The notes under the pieces were generated by a model. It was given only the letters and a program-made list of their open reading frames with translations. It had not been told where the DNA came from and did no database searches. A DNA stretch of 64,000 nt. Origin: the human T2T-CHM13v2.0 reference genome, Homo sapiens. A program made the position numbers and the translations under genes. Shown here piece after piece: positions 60,090-64,000 of the stretch. How positions within the stretch are numbered: position 1 is the stretch's first letter; each line of letters begins with the position of its first letter. Location of the stretch: NCBI RefSeq assembly GCF_009914755.1, contig NC_060926.1. One strand, 5' to 3'.

Positions 60090-61215
60090 TAAAATATTTT
60101 CACGTATCTTATCTTTGATAATTTTGTTGTCTTCGTTTTCTCTGTTCTCTGTTGCTGGGAATTTTGTGGATAATGTCTAAGAGCTTCGAGTTTGATCTTC
60201 TAATTTTATTTTTAAAAGTTATTTTTTGGCTATCTTCCATATCTGTATTTTTATTTGAGTTTCCAGAAATATTCAATGAAATAGAGCAGAACTTGTACTA
60301 AATTTTATTAATTTCAGTTACTGTACTTTTAATTGCCAAAAAGTCTTTCTCTTCCTGTGACTATTCTTTACTTCCTTATGTCTTGGATTTCTTTTGTGAA
60401 TGCATTAGCTTAATCAGAAGTTGGCTTTTTTTTTTTTTTCCTAAGGTTCCTTTTGCTCTTCTCCTCCCTATATTGCCTCTGCTTCTTTTTCCTGTTTGCT
60501 TATTTTGGTCTCTATCCTATGTGCTGAAGATTTTTCTCAAGTGTCTGCTGTCTTTCATTTCTGTTAAAGATTGAGGCACTAAACAATGGTTTGGCAAATC
60601 TGGAGTGGGGGTGGTGGTGGTGGGCGTCATTGTGGGGTGGTCTGGCTTTAAGGGCTTTTTCTGTTGGGAGATTCCTTAATGTCAGGTTCTCAGGTCTTTT
60701 CTTGGAGGCTGCCCAACTTTCCTTAGGAGTCCTCTGCTCTTGCATGAGGGACCTGGTTGCTGGCATTCGGGAGCAGGACAAGGTCAGGAGCTGAGTCTCC
60801 CCCTGTTCCAAACACAGGTTTTTATGTAATTCTCTGTTTGACCTTGAACCTTATGCCTGATCTGAAGCTGCTTTTGTTCAGTTTCTCCAAATAAGCCTCA
60901 ACTGTCCCATAGGATTGATGGTGGGGGATAGGGAGGGGCAGGGGGAGAGAGATTGGTTCATTGCTTATGGATATATCTCTGAAGCATTTTGACTTGTTAC
61001 TTCCTCCACTCTGCTAAGTCCATTACCAGCTTTCCAATCTAGTTTTCATCTTCAAAATGCCTGTGGAAATCTCTCTTCTGCTTTTGTTTCCTCTGTTATC
61101 CTTTCTCTCCTTGTATGTTAATACCTTTTCATTCTTTTATTGTCATTTTAGAGAAGTTTGGGGAAGAAAAGGAAACAAATGCATGTTATAATTCCGCCAT
61201 ATTGAACTTGAAGTA
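60090..61215 (-). mobile_element. Ancient L1ME/HAL1-like 5' fragment
   Basis: T-rich decayed L1 pattern ending ttataattccgccatattgaacttgaagt. Confidence 0.5.
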
Positions 61216-63596
61216 TTTCTCCCTTTTTTGTTCTTTTTTAAGATGTGGAATCCATATAAGTCTTTTAAAATATTATAACCTATTTACTAATTATTGATTA
61301 TCAGAATGGGATAACTTCACATTCATATGAATCACAGTTACCAAAATGAACAAACAAGAAATATGGAATATTTTCTCTGTCCCCTCCAATTATGCTACCA
61401 GAAAACATGTCCTATTAATTGATCAGACACTGTAATCACTGTGTATTTGTAGATAAAGTGTCAGCAGGAAATAGACTCTAAGAAACAAATCCACCTTTAA
61501 AAAATTCTTTAAACTCTCCTAAGATGAGCTTTTGAGTATCTGATGTGGCAAATTTCCATGATCATTTTCAGTAATTGTGAGTTTATCTGAGAGAAGTAAA
61601 GTCATTTTGATCAATGTGATGTGTTCTAATCATACGCATTTCCTTTGATTGATGAATGGCAGTGTGCTTTCCATCTGGGGGGGTGTTGAGCAGCATCTTT
61701 GTCAGCATTCAAAGTGAGGTGCTAATCTGGGGACTCCTGAAAATGGTAAAGCAGTCGGGCTTGCAGTAAAAAGCACAGGTGCCCATGGTGCAGTTCTGGA
61801 TAAAAGCAAGAAATTAGCGATCGCCCACACAGACGGAGCCGAATACCTCAGAGGAGCACTCCATTGTTCTGATTGAAGTGGAAGAGAAGAAGGTAAAAGA
61901 GCTTCTACTTGGTATCTGAGTAGCAGGAAAGTAAAAGAGAAACGAAAAAGCTTTCAGTGCCTCAAGAGCAGTTAACAAACCCTGAAAGGGAAAGAGAAGT
62001 GGGCAAAACTGCACTGCCTGAAAGTTTTATTGAGAGAAAAGAGAAAGAGCTTTATACACAGGGTGAAGAAATGGCACTCTTGGTGGTTAGAAAAGATGAT
62101 AATGTCAGTTATAGGTAAGAGCTGGTGGAAATAGTACTACTCACAAGTTTTTATAGAAATCTGCATGTAGCATTCAACACGTAATGAATTACAATGGATT
62201 TTTAAAAGAGATCGTAGTTTTAAAATGTAGCTTTGGGGTTGGGGAGATACTGTTCAAAGGATACAAAACCTCAGATAGGAGGAATAAGAAAAAGAGAAAA
62301 AACTTATAGCCAATATACAAAAAAATTTCATTATAACATTTGTAAGAAAATATTCTAATCTTGAGGAGGAATGTCAGGCATATTTCGTGATGAGGGAGTG
62401 GACAACCTAACTCTGTGTAATAGGGACCTGGGCAAGGCAATTTCAGAAAGAACTGCTGACAGGTTTTTATTGGCAAAATTTGCCAGGAGGCAAAGATGAG
62501 GAGAAAGATGTCAAGGTTGAAAACTTTATTTTTTTTTCCCAGTAGATAACTAAATCCTCCAGGAATGAATTCTCTTAATAACAGTATTTGTGGTAAGTTA
62601 TCTTTATTAGTAAAGAATAAAAATCCATCTACTGATTTTTTTAAAAATGGGCAATACCTAGCTATCAGAGGCTTCAAAAACTCATTTGTTTAATCCAGAG
62701 ATACTGTGAATAAGGAGAGTAAATTAGAGAATGAGGAAATTTAATGAGTAGTTTAATGATATTTTTATCATACAGTTGGTATGAAAGGAAAATAAAAATA
62801 TTATTATAGAAAGTTTTAAGGAATACAGTAAAAGCAGGTTTATTCCCTAATCTAACACTGCTCTTCAAACTCTCAATTAATTGGTACATCTTTATGTCTG
62901 AAGAGCAATTTAAATTGTGGTTTGTAAGAAAGACCTTGAGATGGAGTGAGTTCCCAAGGCATTCCCAAAAGGGCTGAGTTCTGTAGTCTCAGAATTAGAA
63001 ATATTCTACCGTTGACAGTCATTGCATTCATGTTCCTGAGAAATGGTACTGCTAGCTGAAACAATGTAAGACACCTCTGACTTGACTTAACAGCATAGCG
63101 TAACTCTCCTGTTCACAGACCCTCTTGCAGAAATAACCTCAATCACCATATTTCGTGAACTATAAATGATATGCCTGGACACCAGAAAGCATTCTAAAGT
63201 ACATTTGGTCACTCAACAAGATCGCACAGTAACCAATCACCTGATAACATTCAAGGGCAAAAGCCCGCAACTAAATGTCTATCTTCATGATTCCTGCTAA
63301 TTTCTCCAATAACAAAGCAGATGCAAGAGCTCCCTCAGGGCAATTAATATTCAAGGGCTGCTTTAGCGGGAGAGTCTTGGTTTTCTTTAAAAGGATTTGG
63401 TGGAAGGTGGGGGGAACTTTTGGGGTCCTTTTTTTGAAACAAATATAGATGTTTGCTACACTCTCATCTTTTATTTCTTTCTGTCCTTCCCTCCTTCTCT
63501 CTCTCCCTTCCTCCCTTTCTTCTTCACTCCCATCTTTCTGTCTCTTGCTGTTTCTCTTGCTTTCCTTTTTTTTTTTAAGAATTGCCCTTAATGAGT

Positions 63597-63660
63597 GTGT
63601 TCCAGTTATCTAATGCTGTGTAACAAACCACCCCACAACCTAGTGACTTAAAATAACAAC
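63597..63660 (-). mobile_element. MLT1 LTR terminal fragment
   Basis: gttatctaatgctgtgtaacaaaccaccccacaacctagtgacttaaaataac. Confidence 0.65.
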
Positions 63661-63679
63661 AGAAAAGCCGTAGAGATAA

Positions 63680-63850
63680 GTTAGGTAGAGCACTAGACAG
63701 GAAGCCTGAGGTCTTGGGTTGAAGTGCTGGCCATGGCTTGTAACAAATTGATGCCATGAACGTGCCTATTTACCTCTCTGAAGATTTGCCTTTCCAAATC
63801 AGGGTCCTCTCCAGCTGCCTCCAGTCTTACAGCTATTCCCGCCCCTGCCA
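63680..63850 (+). mobile_element. MIR fragment
   Basis: agagcactagacaggaagcctgaggtcttgggtt...tttacctctctgaag. Confidence 0.5.
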
Positions 63851-64000
63851 GGACTTCTGTTAATCAAGTTTTTGAGCACTCTGCTTCTTCAAAACAGAAT
63901 TTCTTCCTCCACCTTGAGTGCAGTCCCATCAGGCAATTAGAGACATATCTGACTTAAAAATATATGACCAAATCCTGATGTACACTTTAATACTTTGATC

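Noticed and set aside
61630-61900. Possible exon or short ORF (- strand GCACCATGG start, 25 codons; + strand aag|gtaaaa donor-like site)
   Set aside because: Short, no homology recognised, and such signals are expected by chance
62189-62677. 162-aa - strand ORF
   Set aside because: F/L/I-rich antisense reading of A-rich decayed L1-like sequence

Overview
Primate (hominoid, human-like) non-coding genomic DNA dominated by transposable elements; I see no host protein-coding exon. Main content: a PPIA (cyclophilin A) retrocopy with an intact 165-codon ORF at the left edge; a MER41 ERV1 element (12.06-17.19 kb) built as R-U5-internal-U3-R-polyA with a long target-site duplication (TSD), i.e. an L1-mobilised copy of the ERV RNA rather than a provirus; an inverted MER41A solo LTR; and a full-length ~6.03 kb L1PA2/3-type LINE-1 with broken ORFs nested in an older L1. 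There are also about 15 Alus, MADE1, MER81, MER2/Tigger3a, THE1, MLT1, MIR, L2 and microsatellites. The most unusual structure is a MER63 DNA transposon split by a ~4 kb insert (54.7-58.7 kb). The insert has hallmarks of L1 target-primed reverse transcription, and two Alu fragments in it are clipped at known cryptic splice sites, so it looks like a retrocopy of a spliced non-coding RNA with Alu-derived exons. Two unexplained local repeats were also found: a 78-bp direct repeat and a perfect 29-bp inverted repeat. Repeat subfamily names come from recalled consensus sequences, not from an alignment run, and boundaries of old repeats are approximate.
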